A stretch of DNA of 64,000 nt from Chthoniobacterales bacterium (GCA_038207335.1 JBBQZX010000001.1:1-64000); one strand, 5' to 3'. Numbered from the stretch's first letter, positions 19,046 through 29,435 are shown. The notes: generated by a model from the letters alone, not told the origin. Translations and numbers: made by a program.

Positions 19046-19986
19046 CGCGGACCGCCTCCGAATTTCGAGAGCCACTCGGTTTCGTCGTGAATCGGGACGC
19101 GCACGAGATGCATCCAATCGCGATATTTCCGCCACGGAAGCGGATGCCGTTCGGCGAGGCAGCGCGGAACCCCGGCGACACATGCGAGCCACCACTGCGG
19201 CTCGCGCAGCGCCCAGCCGAAGCCGCGCCGACACGCGTACGTAAACTGCCGCGCGGCACGAAAAGCGGCGACCATGAAGAGCTGCGGTGCCGGGCAGCGC
19301 ATGATGACGCTCCAGATTTCGTTGCGGGCGTGGGTCTGATGCATCCTCAGTTCGCTGCGCTGGGCGGAGGAGTAATGATGACGGAACGTGAGGCTTGGCT
19401 CGTAACGAATCTGCCAGCCCGCGCACACGCAGCGTACGGAAAAATCCGGCTCATCGTACGCGATGCGGAATTGTGCGGGATAGCCGCCAAGCTCGATGAA
19501 TACGGACTTGCGGAGCATCGCGGCGCAATCGACATACGTTCCAGCGAGGTGCGTTGCACCAAAATCGGCGGTCGTAAGGCTCACGGGAGTTTCATCCGAT
19601 CGTTGAGAGAATGAGAGGACTGCTAGGCGCGGATGTTTCTCAAAAAACGCAGGGGTTCGAGAGAGGAAATCGCTATCGAGCGGATAGCTGTCGTCGTCGA
19701 GGATCACGATGAGGTCGCTCTCCGCGGCGCGAAACATGGCGTCTCGCGAAGCCGTGGAGCCGCGGGCAACGCCGTTCACCGTTAGTCTCGCCAAGGGAAA
19801 ATGCTCGCGAACAAACTCGGGCGTGCCGTCCGAGCAGCCGTCGGCGGTGATGAGTAGTTCGTCGGGCGCGGGCTCCAGCGCGGCGACGACGGCTAGCGTG
19901 CGTTTCAAATCAGCGAGCCGGTTTCGCGTGGCGATCGTGATGGCGACGCGCAGTCTCGTGCCCGCTGGAGATGCTGTTAGAGCCAT
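19042..19986 (-). CDS. GT2 glycosyltransferase
   Basis: ITIATRNR, ADGCSDGT, ILDDD, YDEPDF. Confidence 0.88.
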   Translation of the reverse strand: MALTASPAGTRLRVAITIATRNRLADLKRTLAVVAALEPAPDELLITADGCSDGTPEFVREHFPLARLTVNGVARGSTASRDAMFRAAESDLIVILDDDSYPLDSDFLSRTPAFFEKHPRLAVLSFSQRSDETPVSLTTADFGATHLAGTYVDCAAMLRKSVFIELGGYPAQFRIAYDEPDFSVRCVCAGWQIRYEPSLTFRHHYSSAQRSELRMHQTHARNEIWSVIMRCPAPQLFMVAAFRAARQFTYACRRGFGWALREPQWWLACVAGVPRCLAERHPLPWRKYRDWMHLVRVPIHDETEWLSKFGGGPR

Positions 19987-20870
19987 GTTCCAGCAAGTTC
20001 GCGCCGCCAGCCTGTCGGGCGGAAGCGCACCAAAAAGAGGGAGACGAAAGCACGATGAAATGCTGTGCGCCAAAGGAGGCGCGGGCCGCGCAGGCCGATG
20101 ATTTCCTGCGCGATTCGCTTTTGATTTGCGAGGCGCGAGCGGCTCAGTGCGAACCGGTTGCGCTTTGCGAGGCTCTCGCAGGGGAAGTGTTCGTACCATG
20201 CAGAACGATGGCAGTAGAGGCGGTGGGTGCGGCCGATGCGCGCGGAGAGATGCACGTCTTCCATGAAGCTGTAGCCGGTGAAGCGCGGAAAGAGTTCGCG
20301 CTGAAAAAGCGGTGTGCGAAAGACTACGCATCCAGAGGGCAGCCATTCGGCTTCGATCAGGTCGCCGGCACCCTCGGTATAGGTCGGCAGGCAGTTGATG
20401 CCGGCACCGAAAAGCCGGCCGCCATAAGTGGGGTCCGCGTATCCAGCTTGCAGGCGGTAATACCACCAAAGCAGCCCGCGCGGTGCGGTGTGCTGCACGC
20501 CTTCGATGCGGCCCGCGACCCCTCCGACCTCTTCCTGAGGATCATCGGAAAATGGCGTGCAAAGCTTTTCAAAACAATCGGCAGGAAGTCGTACATCATC
20601 GTCGAGGAAGGCGATGAGTTGCGTCGAGACGCTCACTGCACCTTGGTTGCGCTGCTTCGCGGCGCTGGGTTCGACCGCGCGTTCGTAATCTAGTGGGAGG
20701 CGGTTGCTGAACGATTCGGCGACAACGCGAGATCGTTCGGACGGTGAGGCATCGACGATGATGACGCGGCTTGCGGAATGGCGCTGAAGCGTGAGCGACT
20801 CGAGAGTGACACGGAGTTCGTCCGGTCGCTCGAGCGTGGCGATGACAATGCTGTACGCGAGCAAACTCAT
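19977..20870 (-). CDS. GT2 glycosyltransferase
   Basis: SIVIATLER, IIVDAS, FLDDD, MEDVHLS. Confidence 0.9.
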   Translation of the reverse strand: MSLLAYSIVIATLERPDELRVTLESLTLQRHSASRVIIVDASPSERSRVVAESFSNRLPLDYERAVEPSAAKQRNQGAVSVSTQLIAFLDDDVRLPADCFEKLCTPFSDDPQEEVGGVAGRIEGVQHTAPRGLLWWYYRLQAGYADPTYGGRLFGAGINCLPTYTEGAGDLIEAEWLPSGCVVFRTPLFQRELFPRFTGYSFMEDVHLSARIGRTHRLYCHRSAWYEHFPCESLAKRNRFALSRSRLANQKRIAQEIIGLRGPRLLWRTAFHRAFVSLFLVRFRPTGWRRELAGTWL

Positions 20871-21796
20871 GGCGTGGTCCGGCGCGTGGCGGCAAGTTTC
20901 TCGGCGGCGGAAAATCCCGCCGTGCGATAGGCGATGCGATAGGCGAGCGGGGCGGCGGGACCAGCGAGGTGGATCATCCCGCGAGCCACACGGGCGGCAT
21001 GATATTCGGCGGCGAGCAGGACGTCTTCCTTTGCGAGAGTGCGCGCCATTTCAAAGCACGCGCGACCGGCGAGCCGCGCGTGGTTTTGAGTCCAGAGACC
21101 ACGCTCCGACAGCCAGCCGTGCAGCTTGTCGATGAGCGCGGTTTTCACCTCGACGACCAGCCGCGAGTCTTTGCGGCAAAGCGTCTGGTCGGACCAAATG
21201 CGATAAACCGCGAGAGCTGAAGGAGCATGCGCCAAGCTCAGTCCGGCTTGGATGGCGCGGAGGTAAAGTTCGTGTTCCTGGCAGCATGGCATTTCTTCGT
21301 TCCACCCGCCGAGCCCCTCCAGCGCTTGTTTCCGCCACAGGCAGCCACCGGTTTGCGGGAGCTGCCACGTGAGCCACTGCGAGAAAATATCCGCCTGCGA
21401 ATCGAGGTCGGCGACCTGTCGTTGCCCGTTTTCGTCGATCAAAACGGCGCTGTAGATCAGGTCAATGCCGAGCCCACCGCCACTCTCTTCAAGCTGCTGA
21501 GAAACTTTCTCCCGCAGCAAAAAGTCGTCGGCGTCGAGATATTGAATCCACTCGCCGCGTGCCGCGCGAAGGATGGCGTTGCGGGCATGATTTGCCCCAC
21601 GATGAGGTGCGTTCACCAGCGTGATTTGGCCTCCGAATTCTCGCAAGATCTCGAGTGAACGGTCCGCGGAGCCGTCATCCGCGACGATCACCTCTACCGC
21701 TTGCCAATTTTGTGCGAGAGCACTTCGGACGCACGTTGCGATCCACGCTTCCGCGTTAAAACAGGGAATGCCAATGGTGACGAGTGGCGGTGTCAT
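20867..21796 (-). CDS. GT2 glycosyltransferase
   Basis: IGIPCFN, ADDGSAD, YLDADD, QEHELYLR. Confidence 0.92.
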   Translation of the reverse strand: MTPPLVTIGIPCFNAEAWIATCVRSALAQNWQAVEVIVADDGSADRSLEILREFGGQITLVNAPHRGANHARNAILRAARGEWIQYLDADDFLLREKVSQQLEESGGGLGIDLIYSAVLIDENGQRQVADLDSQADIFSQWLTWQLPQTGGCLWRKQALEGLGGWNEEMPCCQEHELYLRAIQAGLSLAHAPSALAVYRIWSDQTLCRKDSRLVVEVKTALIDKLHGWLSERGLWTQNHARLAGRACFEMARTLAKEDVLLAAEYHAARVARGMIHLAGPAAPLAYRIAYRTAGFSAAEKLAATRRTTP

Positions 21797-22548
21797 GTGG
21801 GCAATTCGGTGAGTCCGAACTCATTGCGAATGCGGGTTGTGAGCGGGCGAAAGTTGAGAAATTTTCGAAAGAGCATCCGGCGGCTGTACCACTGATGAAG
21901 TGAGGAGGCCGCGAAGTTTTCGCCCGTCGCGGTGTTGTAAATCGAGCCGATGAATGGCAGCGGAGCAAGCGGTGTCCCGCGATGCTTCATTGCGTTCACG
22001 ATGTGAGGATGACCGTTGGAAAGAACCCAAAAATCCGACTCCTCGACGGCGGTGTGCGCGGGCAAATCCTCCGCTTCGCAACGCAAAATATGTGAGGTGC
22101 CGCAGACGAGGTGGAAACCATGCTTTCGCAAAACCCATCGGCTGTGCTGATCGTGAACGTAGCCCGTGTGAAAGTGCCAGCCGTCTTCCGTTCGATGGGC
22201 CTCGACGAATCTCGCAAGCTCTCGGCTCACACAATCGTCGGCATCGACGAGCATTAAATGCAGCGGAGCCCACTGCCTCGCATGCACGACCGCACGGAGA
22301 ATTTTGCGGCCCTTGTCGATCATGCGGTCGTCGCGTGAATCGCCGGGGGTTGGAAAATCATCCTCAATGATTGTTAGCGCCGGATGTGTGAATCCGCCGG
22401 CGGGGCGTTGGTTGCAGACGAGGATCACGCGAAATTCTGCGCACGTCTGCGCGCAGATCGAGCGGAGCGTGCGCTCAGCGAGTCGCGAGACTTTTTGCCA
22501 ATCGCGAGACACGGCGGGGCTTTGCAGCGGGACGACGAAAATCAGCAT
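21793..22548 (-). CDS. GT-A fold (GT2-like) glycosyltransferase
   Basis: TLRSICAQT, MLVDADD, and operon context. Confidence 0.7.
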   Translation of the reverse strand: MLIFVVPLQSPAVSRDWQKVSRLAERTLRSICAQTCAEFRVILVCNQRPAGGFTHPALTIIEDDFPTPGDSRDDRMIDKGRKILRAVVHARQWAPLHLMLVDADDCVSRELARFVEAHRTEDGWHFHTGYVHDQHSRWVLRKHGFHLVCGTSHILRCEAEDLPAHTAVEESDFWVLSNGHPHIVNAMKHRGTPLAPLPFIGSIYNTATGENFAASSLHQWYSRRMLFRKFLNFRPLTTRIRNEFGLTELPT

Positions 22549-23702
22549 GTCGAGGTGCCGACGACGCGGTTGTAGAGAGCCGCCAGCGCATTGATTTGCG
22601 CGGCTCGGCTGAAGTGATTCGCGATGTGTGTGCGCCCGGCATGGCAGTGCGCGGTGCGGATATCGGGTGCCTGCGAAGCTTGTACCAGAGCGGCGGCGAT
22701 GGCATCGACATCGCCGGAGTCGCAGAGAAGGCCAGTCTCACCGTCGATGATGATCTCGGGGATGTCGCAGTGCCGCGTGCCGATGCAGTGCAGACCCATC
22801 GCCATCGCCTCCGTGAGTGCCAGCGGCGAGCCTCCCTCGGCATCACCGCTCTTCGCATGGCGGCTCGGGCAGAGGAAAAAGTGTGACTCGCGAAGAATTG
22901 CGCGCGCTTGCTCCGGCGGGAGGAAACCCGTGAAAGTCACGCGGTCCGAGAGGAGAGGCGTGCGGGCGATTTCCTGTAATTCGCGTTTGATCGCCGCACC
23001 TGCTTCGTCCGTGGAATCGCCAATGATGGTGACGTGCAAATCCGCTCCGTTCGAGATCGCGCGCGCCACCGCGCGCAGGCCATCTGGAAGCCCTTTTTTT
23101 TCGACGAACCGGCCCATCATCGCGACCCGAATCGGAGCTGCTTTTGCCTCCTGCACGACAGGGAAATCCGAGGCATCGATTCCAAGCCGGACGACTTCGA
23201 TTTTCTTGGGAGGGCAGCCGATCTCTATTAATCGCTCACGCATTGCGGGACCTTCTGCAACGAAACATTCGCCGGCTGCGAAGAGGTCCGGCAGCCGAGT
23301 TTTCCACAACTCCTGCCGAGGCAGCATCCACGCGTCGATGCCGTAGAACGAAGTAATCATTGGCACTCCGAGCTTCCGCCGGAGCGGGAGCATCTGCCAG
23401 CCGCGCATCCCAAAATGCGCGTGGATGAGCTGCGGCCGCCAGCGCCGTGCGGACGCTCCGGCGACCAGCATTGGATGGCCGATGCGGAAGGCGAAAGAGT
23501 TAACGAGGCGGGGCAGGCCGAGCGCTTTTCTCCATGGTGGCGGGTCGCGAAACAGGGGCATCCGGTTGCTGGGGAACAGCTCGCGATTGGCTTCGTGGCT
23601 GCACAAGACGGCGGGTGTCACTCCCGGCACTGAGGTGATTTGGGGGTGAATCCAGTTTTCCGAGACGGGTAAAAACGTCTCCAGCGCGTGAAGCACTTTC
23701 AT
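22542..23702 (-). CDS. GT4 glycosyltransferase (WcaL-like)
   Basis: IHAHFG, GRFVEKKG, GDAEGGSPLALTEAMA. Start MKVLH (23702). Confidence 0.9.
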   Translation of the reverse strand: MKVLHALETFLPVSENWIHPQITSVPGVTPAVLCSHEANRELFPSNRMPLFRDPPPWRKALGLPRLVNSFAFRIGHPMLVAGASARRWRPQLIHAHFGMRGWQMLPLRRKLGVPMITSFYGIDAWMLPRQELWKTRLPDLFAAGECFVAEGPAMRERLIEIGCPPKKIEVVRLGIDASDFPVVQEAKAAPIRVAMMGRFVEKKGLPDGLRAVARAISNGADLHVTIIGDSTDEAGAAIKRELQEIARTPLLSDRVTFTGFLPPEQARAILRESHFFLCPSRHAKSGDAEGGSPLALTEAMAMGLHCIGTRHCDIPEIIIDGETGLLCDSGDVDAIAAALVQASQAPDIRTAHCHAGRTHIANHFSRAAQINALAALYNRVVGTSTC

Positions 23703-24676
23703 GCGGAGATTGCCGCTTTCCGGGGGATCAGTTTGAGCGGCAGTTCCTCGTGCGTGCTGCGATTTTTGTAGCCCGAAAAGCTGTGGATATCGACTTCCAT
23801 TCCATCCTGCCACGCGCGGAGCAGTTCAGCCTCCGAGACAGTGCCGTGGCGGCTGTCCCATTCGGCTTGCACGCGATTCCACGGGACGTTGACGAGCCGC
23901 GCTTTTTCATAGGCCACAGCCTGCCGGCAGAGGAACGCATCGATATAGAGCTGGAGTATCGTTTCGAGCGTATTTGGTCCGACGAAGTCGCTGTGCGCCG
24001 CGATGATCGCGATTTCTTCACGGTGGAAAACGTGGCCGTCGAGTGAAAGTGGGAACGCGTATTCGTGCTCTCCATCCTGCCAGCGCCATATGATGAAACC
24101 GGGCGGCGCGTCAGTGAGAAATGGTGGCTCTTTCTGCGGGACGCTGCGTGTGTAGCAGTAGTCGATTCCGCGACCATGCCGGAGCGTCGGGATGTAGCGG
24201 AGCCAATCCCAGCGGCAGAGCGCGTCGAGATCGAACGGCTCGATGAAGAGGATGTCATCGACGAGGAAAAAGACGCGCTCCGAGCGAATGGTGCCGAGCA
24301 ATTGACGGACGTCGTCGCGAAAGTTCGACTCCGCGTGCGCGGCAATGGGACTGGCAGAAACGTCGGTGAACAATTCGCGATACGCACACTCCATCTCAGG
24401 ACTCGTCGCCTTATAGAGAACGTGCAGAGGAGCGGGCGACTCGACGTGGTGGAGATAGGACTTCAGCAGCGCGTGAAGCTGCAGTGGGCGGTCTTTTGAA
24501 AAGACAATCCCCTCGATCTGCGATGCGCCGGGAATCGAACGGGGATCTGCGTTTGCGGCATTTTGATAAAGCGCGAGCAGTGCGTGGCGGTTCCGGTCGA
24601 GGAGTTGAAAGGTGGACTCGCATTGCAGCCTACGGTCGAACCGCTTCAGCAGCGCCTTGATCGCGCGGGCGATCAT
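23699..24676 (-). CDS. Putative GT-A glycosyltransferase-like protein
   Basis: VFSKDRPLQLHALL, FLVDD, FPLSLDGH, PNTLE. Start MIARA (24676) overlaps the neighbouring stop. Confidence 0.6.
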   Translation of the reverse strand: MIARAIKALLKRFDRRLQCESTFQLLDRNRHALLALYQNAANADPRSIPGASQIEGIVFSKDRPLQLHALLKSYLHHVESPAPLHVLYKATSPEMECAYRELFTDVSASPIAAHAESNFRDDVRQLLGTIRSERVFFLVDDILFIEPFDLDALCRWDWLRYIPTLRHGRGIDYCYTRSVPQKEPPFLTDAPPGFIIWRWQDGEHEYAFPLSLDGHVFHREEIAIIAAHSDFVGPNTLETILQLYIDAFLCRQAVAYEKARLVNVPWNRVQAEWDSRHGTVSEAELLRAWQDGMEVDIHSFSGYKNRSTHEELPLKLIPRKAAISA

Positions 24677-25407
24677 TTTCCCGTGCGCCCCCGCCGCATG
24701 AGCGCGGCCTGAAAAATGGGGGGATACGCGAGTGCATCCGCGATCGGTGCGAGCAGTCGATGTACGAATCGCGCGGGACGGAGCGAATCGGATGGTGCCG
24801 GTTTCGCACCGAGGAAACGCTCGGCGACGATGTCGTTGGGGAAAAGTTCGCGAACGTCGAGTCGCTCCGATGAGCCGCCAGCGGCGATGGCCATGTGCAG
24901 CATATCCCACCAAAAAAAGAGTCCGCCGGGCTTCAAGACGCGCATGACTTCGCGTGCTAATTGCAGACGAAATTCCGCGCCGGGAACGGATGAGAATGCG
25001 AAGTAGTGGCTCACCAAATCGAATGACTCATCAGGGAAATCGATCGTGTCTCCGCTTGCGGAAGCAAAGTGCAAATGGGGCGAGAGTTTGCGTCCGCGGG
25101 CCAGAGCGGGCTCGTCGAGATCGATTCCGAAAAGGGCGTCCGGCTCCGCGCCCATGTCGAGATATTGCCGTAGATGGCGTCCGGAGCCGCAGCCAAGATC
25201 GAGGATCCGCAATCCCTCCAGATCGAGAAATCCAGCCTCTCGCATGAGGGTTGAAAACCCGAGAGCCTGCTGCGTCCGGACTTCCGCCTCGGATGAGTTG
25301 AATGGTGCCCAGCGGATCTTTGCGGCATCGGTCGCACCAAATTCCGCATAGGTCGCGCGAATGCGTGCGATTTCGCTTTGAAATGGCGAGACGACTGGTT
25401 CAGCCAT
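24673..25407 (-). CDS. Class I SAM-dependent methyltransferase
   Basis: ILDLGCGSG, FPDESFDLV, RVLKPGG. Start MAEPV (25407). Confidence 0.9.
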   Translation of the reverse strand: MAEPVVSPFQSEIARIRATYAEFGATDAAKIRWAPFNSSEAEVRTQQALGFSTLMREAGFLDLEGLRILDLGCGSGRHLRQYLDMGAEPDALFGIDLDEPALARGRKLSPHLHFASASGDTIDFPDESFDLVSHYFAFSSVPGAEFRLQLAREVMRVLKPGGLFFWWDMLHMAIAAGGSSERLDVRELFPNDIVAERFLGAKPAPSDSLRPARFVHRLLAPIADALAYPPIFQAALMRRGRTGK

Positions 25408-26302
25408 GCGCGGGTGTGATTTGTGGCAGGGACGCGCCGGTGCGGAAGCTCGTGAGATTTCGCCGCACGAGATCGCGGGCGCGCGGTGCATCGGGCCAGA
25501 GACACATGGCGCGGGCGGCGAGCCAGAGAGAGCGCAAACGGAGGTGATTCACACATGCGGCGTCGGCGGAGCGCCAGTATCCCGTGCCGAGAAACTCGCG
25601 GCGGCTGAAGTGCCGGTCGATGAACGCGGAGTGCCTGCGGTAGATGACTTCGCGCGTGAGGTGATCGACTGCGCGAAGCTTCGTGGTGAGGCTCGTTTTT
25701 TGCGTCCGGTATCGGTAGAGCGGCTCGGGATATTGTTCCCATCGAAATCCGGCCTCCGCGGCACCGATCCAAAAATCCCAGTCTTCATTTCCGGCGCGGA
25801 GAGCAGGGTCTTCGCAAAAGCCCCCGATTCGCTCCCACAGCGACTTGCGCATCAGCACTTGCGCGGGCATGTGCTGCCACTGCGCGAGTTCTCCGAGGGC
25901 GAAGTCGTGGAAAGCACGAACGCGATTTTCGTGCCCGAAAAACTCGAAGTGGGGATAAATGCAATCAAGCTGCGGATCAGCCTCCAGTCTTGGAAGGAGG
26001 GTCGAGAGGTAGTCCGGCGCAAGCATGTCGTCGCTATCGAGAACCGCGATGTATGGATGCCGCGCGGCACGAATCGCGGTATTCCGTGCAGGTCCGGGAC
26101 CGCGTGATTTTTCATGGCTCAGCCAACGAATCCGCGGATCGCTCCAGCGTGCGCGGGCGGCCTCAAAGCCCGGCGCCGTGGAGCCGTCATCGACGACGAT
26201 CGCCTCCCAGTCGGCGTGCGTCTGTGCGAGCACGCTGGCGAGGCATTCATCGAGAAACGCCCAGTGATTGTGAGACGGGATCGCGATGCTAACGCTGGTC
26301 AT
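25400..26302 (-). CDS. GT2 glycosyltransferase
   Basis: SIAIPSHN, VDDGS, LDSDD, NEDWDFW. Confidence 0.92.
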   Translation of the reverse strand: MTSVSIAIPSHNHWAFLDECLASVLAQTHADWEAIVVDDGSTAPGFEAARARWSDPRIRWLSHEKSRGPGPARNTAIRAARHPYIAVLDSDDMLAPDYLSTLLPRLEADPQLDCIYPHFEFFGHENRVRAFHDFALGELAQWQHMPAQVLMRKSLWERIGGFCEDPALRAGNEDWDFWIGAAEAGFRWEQYPEPLYRYRTQKTSLTTKLRAVDHLTREVIYRRHSAFIDRHFSRREFLGTGYWRSADAACVNHLRLRSLWLAARAMCLWPDAPRARDLVRRNLTSFRTGASLPQITPAHG

Positions 26303-27609
26303 ATGGTCGCCGGGATTGGCTCGGAGCACGGCGTCACGCGGTAGCTGACCGGCGTGAAAACGCAGCCCCAGCGATGATCGAGCTCACGCGTGCCGTAGAG
26401 CGGGCGCTGGCCGATTTCGAGGTAAATCGCTTCGTCGGCGATGAGGTAAATGTGGCCTTGCGGATTGATGAGTTCGAAGCTCATCCGATACGAGCCCGGC
26501 AGGTAGGTGACCGGACCGAGTTGCACGGTGAGTTCGATGTCGCCGCAGGCCAGCGGTGCGAGCTCGATGCCCTGCTCGGTGGTATTCACCGCGGTCATCA
26601 GCGTTCCGAATCGGCTCCAGACGGCGATCGCGCAGGCGGGTTGCTGGATCGGCTCATTGATGCGCAGGCGCAGACAGACCTCGACGCGGTCGTTCGTCAA
26701 CGGCAGTGAGCCGGGTTCGGAATCGGGATTCACGATCGTGTAGCCGAGCAGTTCCGCGCGTCCGTCGCCGCGGATTTGTGTGGGCGAAAATGTTCCGTTT
26801 TCACCGCCAGCTGAGGTCGCCTGCAGGTAGTGCGGGATTACTTCACGCGAGGGCCCGATGCGTGCGCAGCGGCCATCGAGGAGGAGGACGGATCGCGGAC
26901 AGAATTTTTCCACGGCGACCATGTTGTGGCTCACGAAGAGGACGGTGCGACCGGTCTTTGCCATGCCCTCCATTTTGCCGAGGCTCTTCTTTTGAAATGC
27001 GGAATCGCCGACGGCGAGCACCTCATCGATGAGCAAGATTTCCGCCTCGAGATGCGCGGCGACTGCAAATGCGAGGCGCATGTACATGCCGCTCGAATAG
27101 CGCTTCACCGGCGTATCGACGAATGGGCCGATCTCGGCGAAGTCCACAATTTCGTCGAATTTCGCAACGATCTCCGAGCGCCGCATTCCGAGGATCGCTC
27201 CGTTCAGAAGGACATTCTCGCGGCCGGTGAGCTCGGGGTGAAAACCGGTGCCGACCTCGAGCAGCGAGGCGACGCGCCCGCGTAGAACGGCGCGCCCATG
27301 CGTCGGCTCGGTGATTCGTGAGAGCAGCTTGAGAAGTGTCGATTTACCCGCGCCGTTGCGTCCGATGACACCGATGACTTCGCCTGGCTCGACGTTGAAA
27401 GAAACGTCGCGCAGCGCCCAAAACGTACCGTCCTCCGAGCCGCGCCGATCCGCGGCGATGGGCTTGGACGCTTGCTTTGGCGGAGGATGGACTCCGTTCG
27501 AGCGAAAGCCGCGCAGGAGCTTCTCGGACAGCTCGCGCAGGCTCGAGGCGCCGGTTGCGCCGAGCCGATAGAGCTTTGAAAGCTGGTCGATTTCGATGAT
27601 CGGCTTCAT
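26299..27609 (-). CDS. wzt: Polysaccharide ABC exporter ATPase with C-terminal Wzt-C domain
   Basis: FWALRDVSF, GRNGAGKST, GTGFHPELTGREN, YSSGM signature, and an extra C-terminal domain. Confidence 0.95.
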   Translation of the reverse strand: MKPIIEIDQLSKLYRLGATGASSLRELSEKLLRGFRSNGVHPPPKQASKPIAADRRGSEDGTFWALRDVSFNVEPGEVIGVIGRNGAGKSTLLKLLSRITEPTHGRAVLRGRVASLLEVGTGFHPELTGRENVLLNGAILGMRRSEIVAKFDEIVDFAEIGPFVDTPVKRYSSGMYMRLAFAVAAHLEAEILLIDEVLAVGDSAFQKKSLGKMEGMAKTGRTVLFVSHNMVAVEKFCPRSVLLLDGRCARIGPSREVIPHYLQATSAGGENGTFSPTQIRGDGRAELLGYTIVNPDSEPGSLPLTNDRVEVCLRLRINEPIQQPACAIAVWSRFGTLMTAVNTTEQGIELAPLACGDIELTVQLGPVTYLPGSYRMSFELINPQGHIYLIADEAIYLEIGQRPLYGTRELDHRWGCVFTPVSYRVTPCSEPIPATI

Positions 27610-27620
27610 GGGTTCATCGT

Positions 27621-28556
27621 TCAGCCGAAGTCGTCATTGAAGAGGATCGGATGCACCCGCTTGAGCCCATCGGCGAGAAAACGGTCTCGATCCGACGCAG
27701 TGAAGTGACGTGAAATTGCATCGGTCGCGAGGGTGACGCCGGGCGAGACTTCGTAGCGCGGCGGGAGCAGGCCACCTTCGCCGTGGCGCGACGCGCAGAG
27801 TGCGAGGAGCGTCTGCGCAATGCGGTTTGCATCGCCCGAAAGGAGTGACGTCTCGGCCAGCGCACGATCGCAGAAATCGAGATCGATCGCGCGTTTATTC
27901 AGGAGGCAGAGACCGGCATCGACGCGCGGCCACAGCTTCACTCCGAATTCCTCACGCGCCTCGGACGCGCTGAGCAACGAGGTTTCTTTTGCGCCCTGAT
28001 TGAACCAGCAGGCGGGCGAGTCATGCTCGGCCCACGCGAGAATTTCGGCGGGTTTTGCGAAAAAGAGAAGGTCGCTGTCGAAGAGGATGAGGTTCGCGCT
28101 TTTCGCAAAATGCGGCACGTCGAACAGTTTCAATGCGCGCGGATTCGAGTCGCGAAATTCCTGGCAAAACGGGAACGCGAGGAGGGCGCGACGCATGGCT
28201 GCATCGGCCTCGTGGCGAGGGATGATGCGGATGGCGGGAAAGAGGCGGGCAAAGGTTTCACAGGCGGAAGAGGGGAGCGTGCCGTCGTCGTGAACGACGA
28301 TATTCCAGCTGCTCTCGGTGAAGCGAAACCAGGTCGCGAGCATCCACGCTGCGAGCTGCCAATCGCGCGCTCCGGTGAGCACATGCACAGGCAGGCGAGC
28401 GGGCGCTTCACCCCAGAAAGGCCAGCTCCACTCCTGGATCAGCGGCAATGTCTGTCGGGCGCGCACGGTCGCGCCCCAGCCATGCGTGAAGATGCCGCGC
28501 ACGAAGCCTCCAAGTGCGGAGCGCGGTTGATCGATGGTGGCGGTGGAAGGCTTCAT
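27621..28556 (-). CDS. Putative GT-A fold glycosyltransferase between wzm and wzt
   Basis: VHDDGTL, LKLFD, LFDSDLLFF (DxD). Confidence 0.55.
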   Translation of the reverse strand: MKPSTATIDQPRSALGGFVRGIFTHGWGATVRARQTLPLIQEWSWPFWGEAPARLPVHVLTGARDWQLAAWMLATWFRFTESSWNIVVHDDGTLPSSACETFARLFPAIRIIPRHEADAAMRRALLAFPFCQEFRDSNPRALKLFDVPHFAKSANLILFDSDLLFFAKPAEILAWAEHDSPACWFNQGAKETSLLSASEAREEFGVKLWPRVDAGLCLLNKRAIDLDFCDRALAETSLLSGDANRIAQTLLALCASRHGEGGLLPPRYEVSPGVTLATDAISRHFTASDRDRFLADGLKRVHPILFNDDFG

Positions 28557-28562
28557 CGGAGA

Positions 28563-29435
28563 TCAAACGGAATCCACAACAGTCCGCTCGACACGCTGGA
28601 ATAGCGCGACTCCCGCGAAGAGCAGAGCGAGCATTTCGCCGCACGCAATGACGATTTCCTTCGCACCGAGTGTGCCGCGCCCGAGGAGGCAAATGCGGAA
28701 CGCCTCGATCGGAACGGACATGGGGTTGATCCAGATAATCCACTTCCATTTCGCCGGCACGGCGGAGAGTGGATAGACGATCGGCGTCGCGAACATCCAG
28801 ACCTGAACGAGATATTGGTGAAGGTGGATGAGGTCTCGATATTTCGCGGTGGCTGCGGAGAGGCAGAGGGCGACGCCGAAGCTCAGGAGGGCGATGAAAA
28901 TGACCACGGCGGGGAGCAGGAGCAGCGCGCCGTTTGGATGCACGCCATGCAGCGCGCCGCTGGTTTGATAAAAAACGAAGAATGCCGTGAATGGGATGAA
29001 TTGGAGCGCGAGCGCGAGCAGATTGGATGTCACGGCGGCGGCGGGGACGATGAGGCGTGGGAACCAGACTTTACCGAAAAGCGGTGCGTTGGTGACGAAG
29101 CAGGAGCCGCCGGAGGTGATGTTTTGCGCGAAGTAATTCCAGCCGATAAGGCCGCAAAGATAAAAGAGCGGCGCGGGCAATTCGTCGGTCGGCACGCGAC
29201 CGATGCGCGAGAAAACGACTGCGAACACTGCCGTGGTGAGGATCGGCTGGAGGATGTACCAGAGCGGGCCGAGGACGGTTTGCTTGAAGCGCGCGGTGAT
29301 GTCGCGCTGGACGAGCAGAACGAAGAGGTCGCGATATTCCCAAAACTCGCGGAATCGCAGCGTGAGCCAGGTCTGCGAAGGCTCGATGACGATTTCGTAG
29401 CTGCCGCTGTCGCTCACTGCGCGCACCTCCAACAC
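28563..29435 (-). CDS. wzm: Polysaccharide ABC exporter permease
   Basis: YRDL..RDITARFKQTVLGPLW, KVWFPR, YRDL, ATPIVYP, NPM. Confidence 0.95.
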   Translation of the reverse strand: MLEVRAVSDSGSYEIVIEPSQTWLTLRFREFWEYRDLFVLLVQRDITARFKQTVLGPLWYILQPILTTAVFAVVFSRIGRVPTDELPAPLFYLCGLIGWNYFAQNITSGGSCFVTNAPLFGKVWFPRLIVPAAAVTSNLLALALQFIPFTAFFVFYQTSGALHGVHPNGALLLLPAVVIFIALLSFGVALCLSAATAKYRDLIHLHQYLVQVWMFATPIVYPLSAVPAKWKWIIWINPMSVPIEAFRICLLGRGTLGAKEIVIACGEMLALLFAGVALFQRVERTVVDSV

